Source of the DNA: Eutreptiella sp. 'Long Island Sound 2002'
Lineage: Eukaryota > Protista > Euglenida
Direction: 5' to 3'
NCBI GenBank assembly: GCA_964036045.1
Contig: OZ038379.1
Coordinates: 1,736,001 to 1,800,000 of the forward strand
DNA length: 64,000 bases
Below the pieces are notes generated by a model. That model did no database searches. It was not told where the DNA came from and was given only the letters and a program-made list of their open reading frames with translations. Position numbers and translations under genes: made by a program. Positions 24,142-37,200 of the stretch are shown piece by piece (position 1 is the first letter of the stretch; each line of letters begins with the position of its first letter).

Positions 24142-25194
24142 GCCATGACAGAGAGGGGGGCTAATCTGACCATTCCAAGCTGTATGTAGGGGAAATGTCT
24201 AGGTTTGTACCCTCCTCCCCCCCCTGCGCCCCTTGCACAAGCACGGCCGCGGTCCCAAAAACCTTGGCAAAACAGCGGTTCAACGCCCAACCTGTGCTTA
24301 GACAATACTGTGATTGCGTGCGGAACACATCACGGCAAACACACGTGACTGCCCCCATCTAGGAGAGCCCTTAGATACAGATGGTGATAGGCTGTGCAAG
24401 GGGAAGATAAGCAGTGGCTCACAATGAGATCAAAACAAACATCATTGGGTGGCAATGTGTGGTAAAATGTTTGTAAACCATATTTTACATATGGGACCAC
24501 GGAAACCGTGGTGCCAAAAATTACTAACAATAGATGTTCAACGCCCAGCCCGTGCTGAGCCATAATCCGACGCTCGCCGTCACGCCCAGTATCCGACCGG
24601 CAGGAAATTAGTGTTCTTGTGTCCAGCACAGGCGGAGGAGCTGCGGCCACAAATTGTTCATACACGGCGTGCTTAGACAAGGCCGTGCTTGCGCAAAGGG
24701 TAGAGGGGGTAAGGGAGCCCTATCTTCACGCACCAGGCCCGAAATCGTTCCCGTATGGGTGCTAGAAAGTGATGTGGATGGTTGACTATGTGCACCAAGG
24801 GGTAGGCAGCCTGGTGCCACACGAATGCATGAGGAAGCCAGATGTAGCCCTCCTTGGTCCTCTGGTTGCGACACGATGGAGCTGCGCTTTGTATCTCTCA
24901 CCTACGTTACGTCAATCTCCACGTAGCGAAGGCCCCGGCCTCACCGCGTCCACCTCCACCCGCATCCCCGACAGTCACGCACAGTGTGCAACACCACCCT
25001 CCTGTGCATATAACCTTTGCACACTGTGTCTCCTTTGTGGTCACAACACGTGCAGTACAAGCCCGCATCTTTTCAACGGCTTCCGCTCTTTGCTTGTGCA
25101 GCATCGTGAAGATGTACACTTTGGTGACACTCAGCAACAGAGCCCGGCAAGGCCCAGGGCACGGGGGCCGGAACCACACAAGGCCGGAGCCCGG

Positions 25195-25560
25195 GGGGCC
25201 ATGAGGCAACGGAAACTGGGCTCGCATACGCCCCCATGTCACAGGCGCATGGTCATAATCACATTGTTCAGTGTTTTGCTTGCTGCACTGCAGCGTAGAC
25301 CAGTTCTGTACCACACCAGGTGGTTGCTGACTGGAGCCCGGGGGGGGCCATGAGGCAACGGATACTGGGCTCGCATACGCCCCCGTGTCACAGGCGCATG
25401 GTCATCACCACTCAGTTCAATGTTTCAATAAGTGCCTTGCTGCACTGCAGCGCTGACCTGTTCAGTACCACTCCAGGTGGTTTGCGTTTGTGCGTTGGCT
25501 GCCTACATATCCGGGTCAGCTCGCACCCACCACCCTCCCACAGTGCCGGTTAGTCTCTAA
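25195..25560 (+). repeat. Two tandem copies of repeat family A (~148-bp partial plus full)
   Basis: gccatgaggcaacgga.actgggctcgcatacgccccc recurs at ~25198 and ~25346. Confidence 0.85.
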
Positions 25561-25584
25561 CTCTCGCTCTGCGGGTCTCTCTCT

Positions 25585-25592
25585 CCCCCCCC

Positions 25593-25658
<66 letters not shown>
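25585..25658. repeat. Poly-C plus (CT)n microsatellite
   Basis: Direct observation. Confidence 0.98.
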
Positions 25659-25660
<2 letters not shown>

Positions 25661-25949
25661 CCCGGGGGAGGGGGGGCATAGCAAGGAAACAACCAACCCG
25701 GCGCCACAGCCCAGGGCACCCGGGACCAGAACTACAAAACGCCGGAGCCAGAGGGCGCACGGGAGGAAATAGGGGCGGGGGAGCACAACAAGGAAAACAG
25801 CCCACCACGGCGCCAAGGCCCACGGCACCCGGGGCCGGAACCACTAGGAGCCGGAGCCAAAGGGAGCGCAAGAAGAGGGAAAAAAGAGGATCATGTACAC
25901 ATCGGCCGGTTTTGGGGATACCACCTATTAACCACTTCCCTAGACTCCA

Positions 25950-28400
25950 AGGCTGGAGTTGCCCTCCTCACATACACATCAATAGCACCTGCCAAGCCCC
26001 GTCTGGGTGTACACGTGCCCGGGAGGCTATTATTCTGCCGCGGGGCCACAACACACGGACCCATCGATGCGCCACGTTACGATAGCCTCATACTACGGCC
26101 CCCATACGGCCCATGAACGAGTCACCTGTGACAGGTTCCTCGAACCCTTGGTCAAAGAATGTGCCAAAGTGCTAGGGGATTTCAACGTAGTAACCAAAGC
26201 AACACACAAAACTGCATTGCGCCCTAACTCCCTCTGTACGCACCTGCAATCTCGTCAAGGGGGGCCTAGGGCAGCTCACCAGTCCATCGCCCGTTTCCAA
26301 AGCACGGTAGTTTACAAGGTTACCACTGCCCTCGATGCGGCTATCCCCCCCCCCACGTCGTCCCTCCGTGATTCACCAGCGTGATAGGCACTCGCCCGCC
26401 CCCTTGTTCTCAAGTGCAATGGCCGCTGCCGTTCCATAGGCTGCACCCCCTGACATACGGACTCACGCTGATACTCGACTTGTCCTACATGTCTACACCT
26501 GCCCCCTTGTGGCTCTCCTCCCCCTATCACCCTACCCCCCACCACTCTCCTTCAGGGCACCAAAGCAACACCGAATTCCGGGTCGAGAAGTCATAATCTA
26601 AGAACCTCCCATCAGGGCACTGCTGATATTGTAGACCCTTTCGACAGTCGGATGCTGCCCTACTCTGCAAGCAATCCGTTTTGATCCACGCTGCTTTGGG
26701 AGTTTTGCCCTTGCTGCCCCCGCGCATGTGCTGTGACCCCCTAGTTCGGTTCCCCACCACCCACCATGCACCAGCGACCCTGTCTCCTCTACTTTTTGAC
26801 TAACCGTGGCACGTTGGCCCTTCAACGGGACCTCGTCACCTCATCAGACCCGGGGGAGGGTATTGATGTGCGACACTTCATTGAATATTTAGGGGGCGCT
26901 TGGGAAATGTCATTAGCCAGTAACAGCGAGAGAAAGGGTTCATGGGATTCACAATAGACCAAGCATCTTCGCTGGCCATACAAGAATCCTTCCGACGTGC
27001 CCGAATTGTTTCCACAATGGGGGAAAGTTTGCCCGGCGCGCTACTTTTAGACTATGTTCCCCCCGATCTTGGTCAACACCTTAGCAAGTTGGGAGAATGG
27101 GGGGTTAGGATAGCACAACCGCATCGATCTCCAGTAGAAGCGATGGGCGTTATTGAGGTATCGCGAACAGTAGAGCTGCATCATAACATTGGTCCCACAA
27201 GTGTGGGTGTCAATACATTCAGTACAATAGCGCTCCTTACACTCATCACAAACTGCGACGGTGGAGCGATCTAGCAACACAACACACACACTTCTGCCTC
27301 ATCCTCTGCCTCATCTTGCGTGCCACAACCGGGCAAACAGCTGCTCAATGCGTGCCCTATACCACCCGTGCACGTCATTGTAACATTGTTGGCGGGATGT
27401 CAAAGTGCCATTCTTTCTTCCAATGAATGGCACAATGACATGAATCCGGCCCTTATAAGCACCATCATGGCCCCCAACTTCGAAATCAAAGAAATCACCT
27501 CGGGTACAAGAAGGTCCATACCCATCCCAAATCAAAACATCTGCTCATGTCCCGGGGGCCAAGGGGCAAAACCATATAATGTTGCCCAACATATCAACGG
27601 CAACAGTCCACGGGTAGGGCACAGGTCACAAAAGACGCCCTGCGCGCGCCCGGCGCGCTAACGTTCCCCCAATGTCTTTGACATTGCTTGAAAGGGCCTT
27701 GCTTTTGAAAATCTGGATCCTCCCTCTGATAGTATGGACAGCCAAGGCATACTACCCAGCCGCCCGTAACACAGGAGCTTGCACTCGTATAAGCTGGCAC
27801 TAAGAGTATTCCGACAGGAGCCTAGCCTTCCCCATCCTTTTTTTTATGCAAAGTCCATAGTCTCACTCAAGGTGTCCGTAGAAGGCTAGCGCATCATACA
27901 TCTGACTCAAATCCCAGGGCTAGCCTTTAGATGGGGGGCGGAACAGGGCTCCGGGTGAGGGACGACGAGATGAAAGAAAATGAACAAAGGTGGCAAAGAG
28001 GCGGCGATTGCCCCACTCCCCACGCCCTCGGGCTGCGTCGGAGACACTAGGGGCATCATGCCTGCAGGCCCGAGCCAGAAATGGGATGCCCTGCATGCTG
28101 ACAAATACTCAGGGGGCATAGGGGGGGGGGGGGCAATCCACATCTACGGCCGCATCCCAGAGCACAATGCCTCCAGTTGTTCATTGGAAACGATCCCCGC
28201 CGTTTTCCAAAGGTTCATTGTTAGACCCGAAAATTCCGCGAAATCCCATACGACCTATAACACAGTGCTCAGTCTAGAGACATCCCCAGCCCATGGGAAA
28301 AAGACGACCGGGTCGTCTACATACATGAGAACCACAGAATTCGGGCATGGTTGTCTAATTGGGTGTATGTTTATCGAGGACACCAAAAAAAAGCACTGAT
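25950..28400 (+). mobile_element. Internally deleted LINE (APE fragment joined to the post-RT region), interrupted by the Harbinger-like element
   Basis: APE motifs ASYYGPH and LGDFN (ORF 26007-26384). The frame ARIVST|MSLTLLERALLLKIWILP is restored when 27019-27673 is removed. Confidence 0.7.
27019..27670 (-). mobile_element. Non-autonomous PIF/Harbinger-like DNA transposon, copy 1 (652 bp)
   Basis: Imperfect TIRs GGGGGAAAGTTTGC / GCTAACGTTCCCCC; 3-bp TSD AAT (27016-27018 and 27671-27673). DDE_Tnp_4-like DGAY...YNDVH..YRARIEQLF, a Cys finger, and a YPNPPFSQLAKVLTKI fragment. Confidence 0.88.
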
Positions 28401-28689
28401 GGGGACAGTGGGTCCCCCTGTCACATTCCGGCTACAGGGTGGTGTCTAATGTCGGGGACATAGCCCTGCCCAACACTACTAAAGTAGCCATAACCCCAGC
28501 TTGATCAATAATTTGAACACTGCTTTTTCCTACATTTGTAAGCAAGCCGAATCCACCCACATTCGTTCCTGGATTGTAAGAGGTGCATTGTTAAAGCAAT
28601 GGTGGGGATTGGGATGGCAAACGCTTCTAAAGTTACCTCCACAATGCAGGTGACATGGATGGAAATGCATGGCGGAAGTCTGTGGCCTG

Positions 28690-29500
28690 TGCAAGCCTGT
28701 GCAACCTGCGATGGGGAAGAGGGGGGCAATAGTTCTTGCTGGTCGCACCACCACATTGGTTTGCAAACTTCACACACATGCAATACCCACAATGCACTCA
28801 ATCACCATCCGCTGCTGCCATCTCTTTGCCAATGCTCTACATTTTGCTGCAGTCTGCGTCAAATCCTGTTATACTCGCCTCATCTTTTTGCTCTTGGAGG
28901 GTGGACATGATCTCATTGCAAACTCTGCTCGCACTGCAAGGGTCATAACAGGCTGATGTCAACTGATGCTCATTGTTCCCAGGCCCTGCTGCTCTGCTGC
29001 TGGGCTATATCAACAACAACACGCAATCTCATCTACTACCTTCCAATCTGACGAATAGGGCACGCCCCAAATCACCTCAGCACGTCAGAATACCCGGCAC
29101 ACAACACCAGAATCGGCACCACAAGGCCTGTTTTTTGGGGGGTGGGGTGAGGGAGAACTCTGTGTTTGGTACTGACCACTTGAGAACTTCTCAAAAATGG
29201 GGCATCTCACATGTAGAATTCAACAGACGCCTGGGAAGCCCAGGGAATGCTTGCTGGATGCACAGAAATGCTGTCCCAGAAAGCACAATTTGGATCGCAT
29301 GGACAATCAAAAGGGTAGACCCAAAAGCAAAGATTTATATCCCCGCAACACACAAAAATGCTATAGAGATTTGCATTCTTGATACAGCCACTCTCCACAA
29401 GTGTGGAAGATACACCCAGAGATGATCAGATGAACCAAACAGTCTACACCAAAACACAATGGGCAGGCTTTGGGCAAGGCCGGGTTCATTAGGTGGTGAC
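28690..29500 (+). repeat. Dispersed repeat family B, copy 2
   Basis: Matches 7590-8360 and 60915-61720. Positions 29324-29500 are nearly identical to the first ~180 bp of array segment Q. Confidence 0.9.
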
Positions 29501-29899
29501 ATGTACCCCCCCCCCCCTTTGTAATAGCTACGCAAAAGTACGGAATTAATACGTTCCCTACGGCTACTGTAGCTTGGACAAAGGCGTGGCTTGCGCACGA
29601 CACATACAGCTACCGACACACACGTGAGTGAGTGCATGGTATGAGTGCACCTTAGCCTCCCCCCACGTTCCCAAAGGCATTGACACACAAGAAAGTGTTT
29701 GAAACATGAAACTTCAGGTTCACAGCCATGTTCCTACAAGCAATGAGGCATGAGAAGCCTACCACCCCTCCCCCCCCATATCAATGGCCCGGGCCGTGTT
29801 TCTTCTTTCGAGGAGGGGGGGGGCCATTTGCAAAGGGGGCCATGCTTCTTCTTTCGAAGGGGGAGGGTCCATTGACACGCGCACGGGGGGCCATTGACG

Positions 29900-31206
29900 C
29901 GAATTGTCATCAAAACTCCAAAAAAAATTATTGGTGTACGCATTTTCTAGCTTGCGCCATCGTTGTAAACGTGGTGGGGACCAATGCTTGGTACCTCTTG
30001 CATCTTTGAGGTGGCTGTGGAGCTCATGCTGGCCACCTTTTGCAATTTTTTTATGCTTTTACACCATTTTTGTTGTGGTGCTCAACATTTGTTTCCCATG
30101 CCTTTCCTTCTTCACACATACAAGCACACAATAGCAAACACGAAGAAAACGCGCAACTGCAACTTCAGAAAAAATGATGGTTGAAACTGATGACCCCAGA
30201 CCTGCTTCAAAAAGTTTCAGCACCATATACTTCATGTGCGCAACAATGATGTTTTCAAATAGACATGAATGCCATGCAACTGCAATAGGCTGACCGACGG
30301 AATGAATCACGGCACTTTGACCTGAGCAAAACATGCTGAAATCTGTGGCCCCAGGCCTGCTTGAAAAAATTTAAGCACTGTGAACCTGGCTGGATCACGC
30401 TGCGTTGCAAAGCTCCCAGGAGTTGATCACTATGGCTGTCAAACACTGCAGCAAAGCAGGGGCAGCTGGGTGGCACAATGCACTGCAGAAGAAATGAGCA
30501 GTAACAACATGGCTGGACCACTCTGCGTCTGAAAAGAGGTCCCCACTCAGCAACCAGAACACACAGCTTGCCTGTCTACACATGTAGTTACTGGGGAATC
30601 AATGGTCCGGAAGGAAATCATATTAAGGAGCAATAGTCCATGGGGCTTCTGCCCATTCCATCACCCAGATTCACCCAACCGGCAAGTCGTGCGGGTATCA
30701 GGAGAGCTGCTGCCCTGTATGACAAGAGGCTCCTCCCACCGTCATTTATGTTTGCTCACGGGAAGCCCGTCCATGCCTCATGAGCCCAGCCGTGTGGTTA
30801 GTAGGGGTATGTGCCTGCATGCTGTACAGCATGGTGGAGTGTCGTGCATTGGATTCACGAATCCATCCGTGGCCATGCCGGGCCATGCCTGGCAACTCCG
30901 TACAGAGCCGCTGTGCTCCGTGCAAAGGAGGAAGGGTAGAGGGATGCGGGGGCCTCATCTCCACGGGGGGTGGGGCAGAGTACTGGACTTCGTATTGGTC
31001 CATGTCCTCATCAGATTCACGGTGAGTGCTGCCCTCTCGCAGGGCAGCATCGGACATTGCATCCTCAAAAAGGGGCGCCAGCAGGGTGGGGGACAGGTCG
31101 GGTGGATCCTGGTCTTGGTCAGACCCCCCCCCCCCGGACGTGCACGCCGGCGACCAATGGTCTGGAGACATGTGTCGCACTGAGTGCCGGCTTGAGGTCG
31201 CCGCCG
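29900..31206 (-). mobile_element. Unclassified degenerate element, left arm; host of the tandem array
   Basis: ORF 30746-31321 reads continuously from segment P into this flank. ORF 54390-54668 reads from the right flank into P. No family recognised. Confidence 0.45.
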
Positions 31207-34200
31207 GCGAAGTTGAGACACCGAGTGGCATGCAGGGAGCAGAGCTGTCGCTGGCGGACAAGATGTGCATGTCCTCTGCCACGTCAACCCTGTGCACAGA
31301 ATGTGCAGGCACTTCCCCCATGTATCACAGGACATCTGTCCTGCCCCCTCCTCCGGGGCTGGGCGACCGACCAAAGAACCGGCTGTGGTGGTGCATGGGG
31401 CAGGGGTTGGGGGACTGACCGAAGAACCGGCGGTGGTGGTGCATCAGGCGGGGCTGGGCAACCGACTTTAGCTGTGGAGAACAGCTATGCTGTGCACCAT
31501 GGGGGGGACAATCCAGTCATGGTTTTGCCTGTGCCCCCCCAGCCCCCCCTGTACAATGAACTGTGACAGCACACGACACATACCAAAGTCCAGGCACTCC
31601 ACCCCTGACCATACAAGAATCGACACTGCACTCACCTCAAAAGCAAAGATTTATATCCCCGCAACACACAAAAATGCTATAGAGATTTGCATTCTTGATA
31701 CAGCCACTCTCCACAAGTGTGGAAGATACACCCAGAGATGATCAGATGAACCAAAGAGTCTACACCAACACACAATGGGCAGGCTTTGGGCAAGGCAGGG
31801 TTCATCAGGTGGTGAAACGTAGTTGATGCCTTTGTTTGGCATTTTGCACGCTGATGGATTTGCAAATCAGGTTGCCAGTGCATGCGCAACCCCCCCCCCC
31901 TCCAAATCGCCAGGAAATCTCAATACATCGGTGCAACAAATCATCGGACCGATTTTCTGACAAAACAGCTTCCCACTGACTTGGATCACGGTTTCAGGCC
32001 CCAAACGCACCTTCCTTTTGGTTGTTTGGCAATTAGAGTCATGTGGAAACCCAAAGTGCCTTTCAACTTTCGAAAAAAAATTCACCCTTCGGTCTGTACA
32101 TGGTCCTTGAACAGTTGCATATCTGGCACAGTCAGTACCCTGTGGTCAGTGCACTAGTGCCGCAGTTGAATGCTGCGGGTTAAAAGGGGGGGCACCAACA
32201 AAGGCTGCCGATGTGCTGCTGTGGAATCCAGAATCGCTTTGTTATCACTCGAAAAAATCACTCGAAAAAAATCACTCGAAAAAAATCACTCGAAACAGCG
32301 AAGTTGAGACACCGAGTGGCATGCAGGGAGCAGAGCTGTCGCTGGCGGACAAGATGTGCATGTCCTCTGCCACGTCAACCCTGTGCACAGAATGTGCAGG
32401 CACTTCCCCCATGTATCACAGGACATCTGTCCTGCCCCCTCCTCCGGGGCTGGGCGACCGACCAAAGAACCGGCTGTGGTGGTGCATAGGGCAGGGGTTG
32501 GGGGACTGACCGAAGAACCGGCGGTGGTGGTGCATCAGGCGGGGCTGGGCAACCGACTTTAGCTGTGGAGAACAGCTATGCTGTGTACCATGGGGGGGAC
32601 AATCCAGTCATGGTTTTGCCTGTGCCCCCCCAGCCCCCCCTGTACAATGAACTGTGACAGCACACGACACATACCAAAGTCCAGGCACTCCACCCCTGAC
32701 CATACAAGAATCGACACTGCACTCACCTCAAAAGCAAAGATTTATATCCCCGCAACACACAAAAATGCTATAGAGATTTGCATTCTTGATACAGCCACTC
32801 TCCACAAGTGTGGAAGATACACCCAGAGATGATCAGATGAACCAAAGAGTCTACACCAACACACAATGGGCAGGCTTTGGGCAAGGCAGGGTTCATCAGG
32901 TGGTGAAACGTAGTTGATGCCTTTGTTTGGCATTTTGCACGCTGATGGATTTGCAAATCAGGTTGCCAGTGCATGCGCAACCCCCCCCCCCCTCCAAATC
33001 GCCAGGAAATCTCAATACATCGGTGCAACAAATCATCGGACCGATTTTCTGACAAAACAGCTTCCCACTGACTTGGATCACGGTTTCAGGCCCCAAACGC
33101 ACCTTCCTTTTGGTTGTTTGGCAATTAGAGTCATGTGGAAACCCAAAGTGCCTTTCAACTTTCGAAAAAAAATTCACCCTTTGGTCTGTACATGGTCCTT
33201 GAACAGTTGCATATCTGGCACAGTCAGTACCCTGTGGTCAGTGCACTAGTGCCGCAGTTGAATGCTGCGGGTTAAAAGGGGGGGCACCAACAAAGGCTGC
33301 CGATGTGCTGCTGTGGAATCCAGAATCGCTTTGTTATCACTCGAAAAAATCACTCGAAAAAAATCACTCGAAAAAAATCACTCGAAACAGCGAAGTTGAG
33401 ACACCGAGTGGCATGCAGGGAGCAGAGCTGTCGCTGGCGGACAAGATGTGCATGTCCTCTGCCACGTCAACCCTGTGCACAGAATGTGCAGGCACTTCCC
33501 CCGTGTATCACAGGACATCTGTCCTGCCCCCTCCTCCGGGGCTGGGCGACCGACCAAAGAACCAGCTGTGGTGGTGCATAGGGCAGGGGTTGGGGGACTG
33601 ACCGAAGAACCGGCGGTGGTGGTGCATCAGGCGGGGCTGGGCAACCGACTTTAGCTGTGGAGAACAGCTATGCTGTGTACCATGGGGGGGACAATCCAGT
33701 CATGGTTTTGCCTGTGCCCCCCCAGCCCCCCCTGTACAATGAACTGTGACAGCACACGACACATACCAAAGTCCAGGCACTCCACCCCTAACCATACAAG
33801 AATCGACACTGCACTCACCTCAAAAGCAAAGATTTATATCCCCGCAACACACAAAAATGCTATAGAGATTTGCATTCTTGATACAGCCACTCTCCACAAG
33901 TGTGGAAGATACACCCAGAGATGATCAGATGAACCAAAGAGTCTACACCAACACACAATGGGCAGGCTTTGGGCAAGGCAGGGTTCATCAGGTGGTGAAA
34001 CGTAGTTGATGCCTTTGTTTGGCATTTTGCACGCTGATGGATTTGCAAATCAGGTTGCCAGTGCATGCGCAACCCCCCCCCCCCTCCAAATCGCCAGGAA
34101 ATCTCAATACATCGGTGCAACAAATCATCGGACCGATTTTCTGACAAAACAGCTTCCCACTGACTTGGATCACGGTTTCAGGCCCCAAACGCACCTTCCT

Positions 34201-37200
34201 TTTGGTTGTTTGGCAATTAGAGTCATGTGGAAACCCAAAGTGCCTTTCAACTTTCGAAAAAAAATTCACCCTTCGGTCTGTACATGGTCCTTGAACAGTT
34301 GCATATCTGGCACAGTCAGTACCCTGTGGTCAGTGCACTAGTGCCGCAGTTGAATGCTGCGGGTTAAAAGGGGGGGCACCAACAAAGGCTGCCGATGTGC
34401 TGCTGTGGAATCCAGAATCGCTTTGTTATCACTCGAAAAAATCACTCGAAAAAAATCACTCGAAAAAAATCACTCGAAACAGCGAAGTTGAGACACCGAG
34501 TGGCATGCAGGGAGCAGAGCTGTTGCTGGCGGACAAGATGTGCATGTCCTCTGCCACGTCAACCCTGTGCACAGAATGTGCAGGCACTTCCCCCATGTAT
34601 CACAGGACATCTGTCCTGCCCCCTCCTCCGGGGCTGGGCGACCGACCAAAGAACCGGCTGTGGTGGTGCATGGGGCAGGGGTTGGGGGACTGACCGAAGA
34701 ACCGGCGGTGGTGGTGCATCAGGCGGGGCTGGGCAACCGACTTTAGCTGTGGAGAACAGCTATGCTGTGTACCATGGGGGGGACAATCCAGTCATGGTTT
34801 TGCCTGTGCCCCCCCAGCCCCCCCTGTACAATGAACTGTGACAGCACACGACACATACCAAAGTCCAGGCACTCCACCCCTGACCATACAAGAATCGACA
34901 CTGCGGTCACCTCAAAAGCAAAGATTTATATCCCCGCAACACACAAAAATGCTATAGAGATTTGCATTCTTGATACAGCCACTCTCCACAAGTGTGGAAG
35001 ATACACCCAGAGATGATCAGATGAACCAAAGAGTCTACACCAACACACAATGGGCAGGCTTTGGGCAAGGCAGGGTTCATCAGGTGGTGAAACGTAGTTG
35101 ATGCCTTTGTTTGGCATTTTGCACGCTGATGGATTTGCAAATCAGGTTGCCAGTGCATGCGCAACCCCCCCCCACCCCCCTCCAAATCGCCAGGAAATCT
35201 CAATACATCGGTGCAACAAATCATCGGACCGATTTTCTGACAAAACAGCTTCCCACTGACTTGGATCACGGTTTCAGGCCCCAAACGCACCTTCCTTTTG
35301 GTTGTTTGGCAATTAGAGTCATGTGGAAACCCAAAGTGCCTTTCAACTTTCGAAAAAAAATTCACCCTTTGGTCTGTACATGGTCCTTGAACAGTTGCAT
35401 ATCTGGCACAGTCAGTACCCTGTGGTCAGTGCACTAGTGCCGCAGTTGAATGCTGCGGTTTAAAAGGGGGGGCACCAACAAAGGCTGCCGATGTGCTGCT
35501 GTGGAATCCAGAATCGCTTTGTTATCACTCGAAAAAATCACTCGAAAAAAATCACTCGAAAAAAATCACTCGAAACAGCGAAGTTGAGACACCGAGTGGC
35601 ATGCAGGGAGCAGAGGTGTCGCTGGCGGACAAGATGTGCATGTCCTCTGCCACGTCAACCCTGTGCACAGAATGTGCAGGCACTTCCCCCATGTATCACA
35701 GGACATCTGTCCTGCCCCCTCCTCCGGGGCTGGGCGACCGACCAAAGAACCGGCTGTGGTGGTGCATGGGGCAGGGGTTGGGGGACTGACCGAAGAACCG
35801 GCGGTGGTGGTGCATCAGGCGGGGCTGGGCAACCGACTTTAGCTGTGGAGAACAGCTATGCTGTGTACCATGGGGGGGACAATCCAGTCATGGTTTTGCC
35901 TGTGCCCCCCCAGCCCCCCCTGTACAATGAACTGTGACAGCACACGACACATACCAAAGTCCAGGCACTCCACCCCTGACCATACAAGAATCGACACTGC
36001 ACTCACCTCAAAAGCAAAGATTTATATCCCCGCAACACACAAAAATGCTATAGAGATTTGCATTCTTGATACAGCCACTCTCCACAAGTGTGGAAGATAC
36101 ACCCAGAGATGATCAGATGAACCAAAGAGTCTACACCAACACACAATGGGCAGGCTTTGGGCAAGGCAGGGTTCATCAGGTGGTGAAACGTAGTTGATGC
36201 CTTTGTTTGGCATTTTGCACGCTGATGGATTTGCAAATCAGGTTGCCAGTGCATGCGCAACCCCCCCCCACCCCCCTCCAAATCGCCAGGAAATCTCAAT
36301 ACATCGGTGCAACAAATCATCGGACCGATTTTCTGACAAAACAGCTTCCCACTGACTTGGATCACGGTTTCAGGCCCCAAACGCACCTTCCTTTTGGTTG
36401 TTTGGCAATTAGAGTCATGTGGAAACCCAAAGTGCCTTTCAACTTTCGAAAAAAAATTCACCCTTTGGTCTGTACATGGTCCTTGAACAGTTGCATATCT
36501 GGCACAGTCAGTACCCTGTGGTCAGTGCACTAGTGCCGCAGTTGAATGCTGCGGGTTAAAAGGGGGGGCACCAACAAAGGCTGCCGATGTGCTGCTGTGG
36601 AATCCAGAATCGCTTTGTTATCACTCGAAAAAATCACTCGAAAAAAATCACTCGAAAAAAATCACTCGAAACAGCGAAGTTGAGACACCGAGTGGCATGC
36701 AGGGAGCAGAGCTGTTGCTGGCGGACAAGATGTGCATGTCCTCTGCCACGTCAACCCTGTGCACAGAATGTGCAGGCACTTCCCCCATGTATCACAGGAC
36801 ATCTGTCCTGCCCCCTCCTCCGGGGCTGGGCGACCGACCAAAGAACCGGCTGTGGTGGTGCATGGGGCAGGGGTTGGGGGACTGACCGAAGAACCGGCGG
36901 TGGTGGTGCATCAGGCGGGGCTGGGCAACCGACTTTAGCTGTGGAGAACAGCTATGCTGTGTACCATGGGGGGGACAATCCAGTCATGGTTTTGCCTGTG
37001 CCCCCCCAGCCCCCCCTGTACAATGAACTGTGACAGCACACGACACATACCAAAGTCCAGGCACTCCACCCCTGACCATACAAGAATCGACACTGCGGTC
37101 ACCTCAAAAGCAAAGATTTATATCCCCGCAACACACAAAAATGCTATAGAGATTTGCATTCTTGATACAGCCACTCTCCACAAGTGTGGAAGATACACCC

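Noticed and set aside
25516-25871. ERERER / SLSLSL repeat proteins
   Set aside because: These are translations of the (CT)n microsatellite.
32240-32296. tcactcgaaaaaa(a) x3-4 in every array unit as a CRISPR-like or iteron array
   Set aside because: The repeats are directly adjacent with no unique spacers, no cas or rep genes are present, and the context is eukaryotic.
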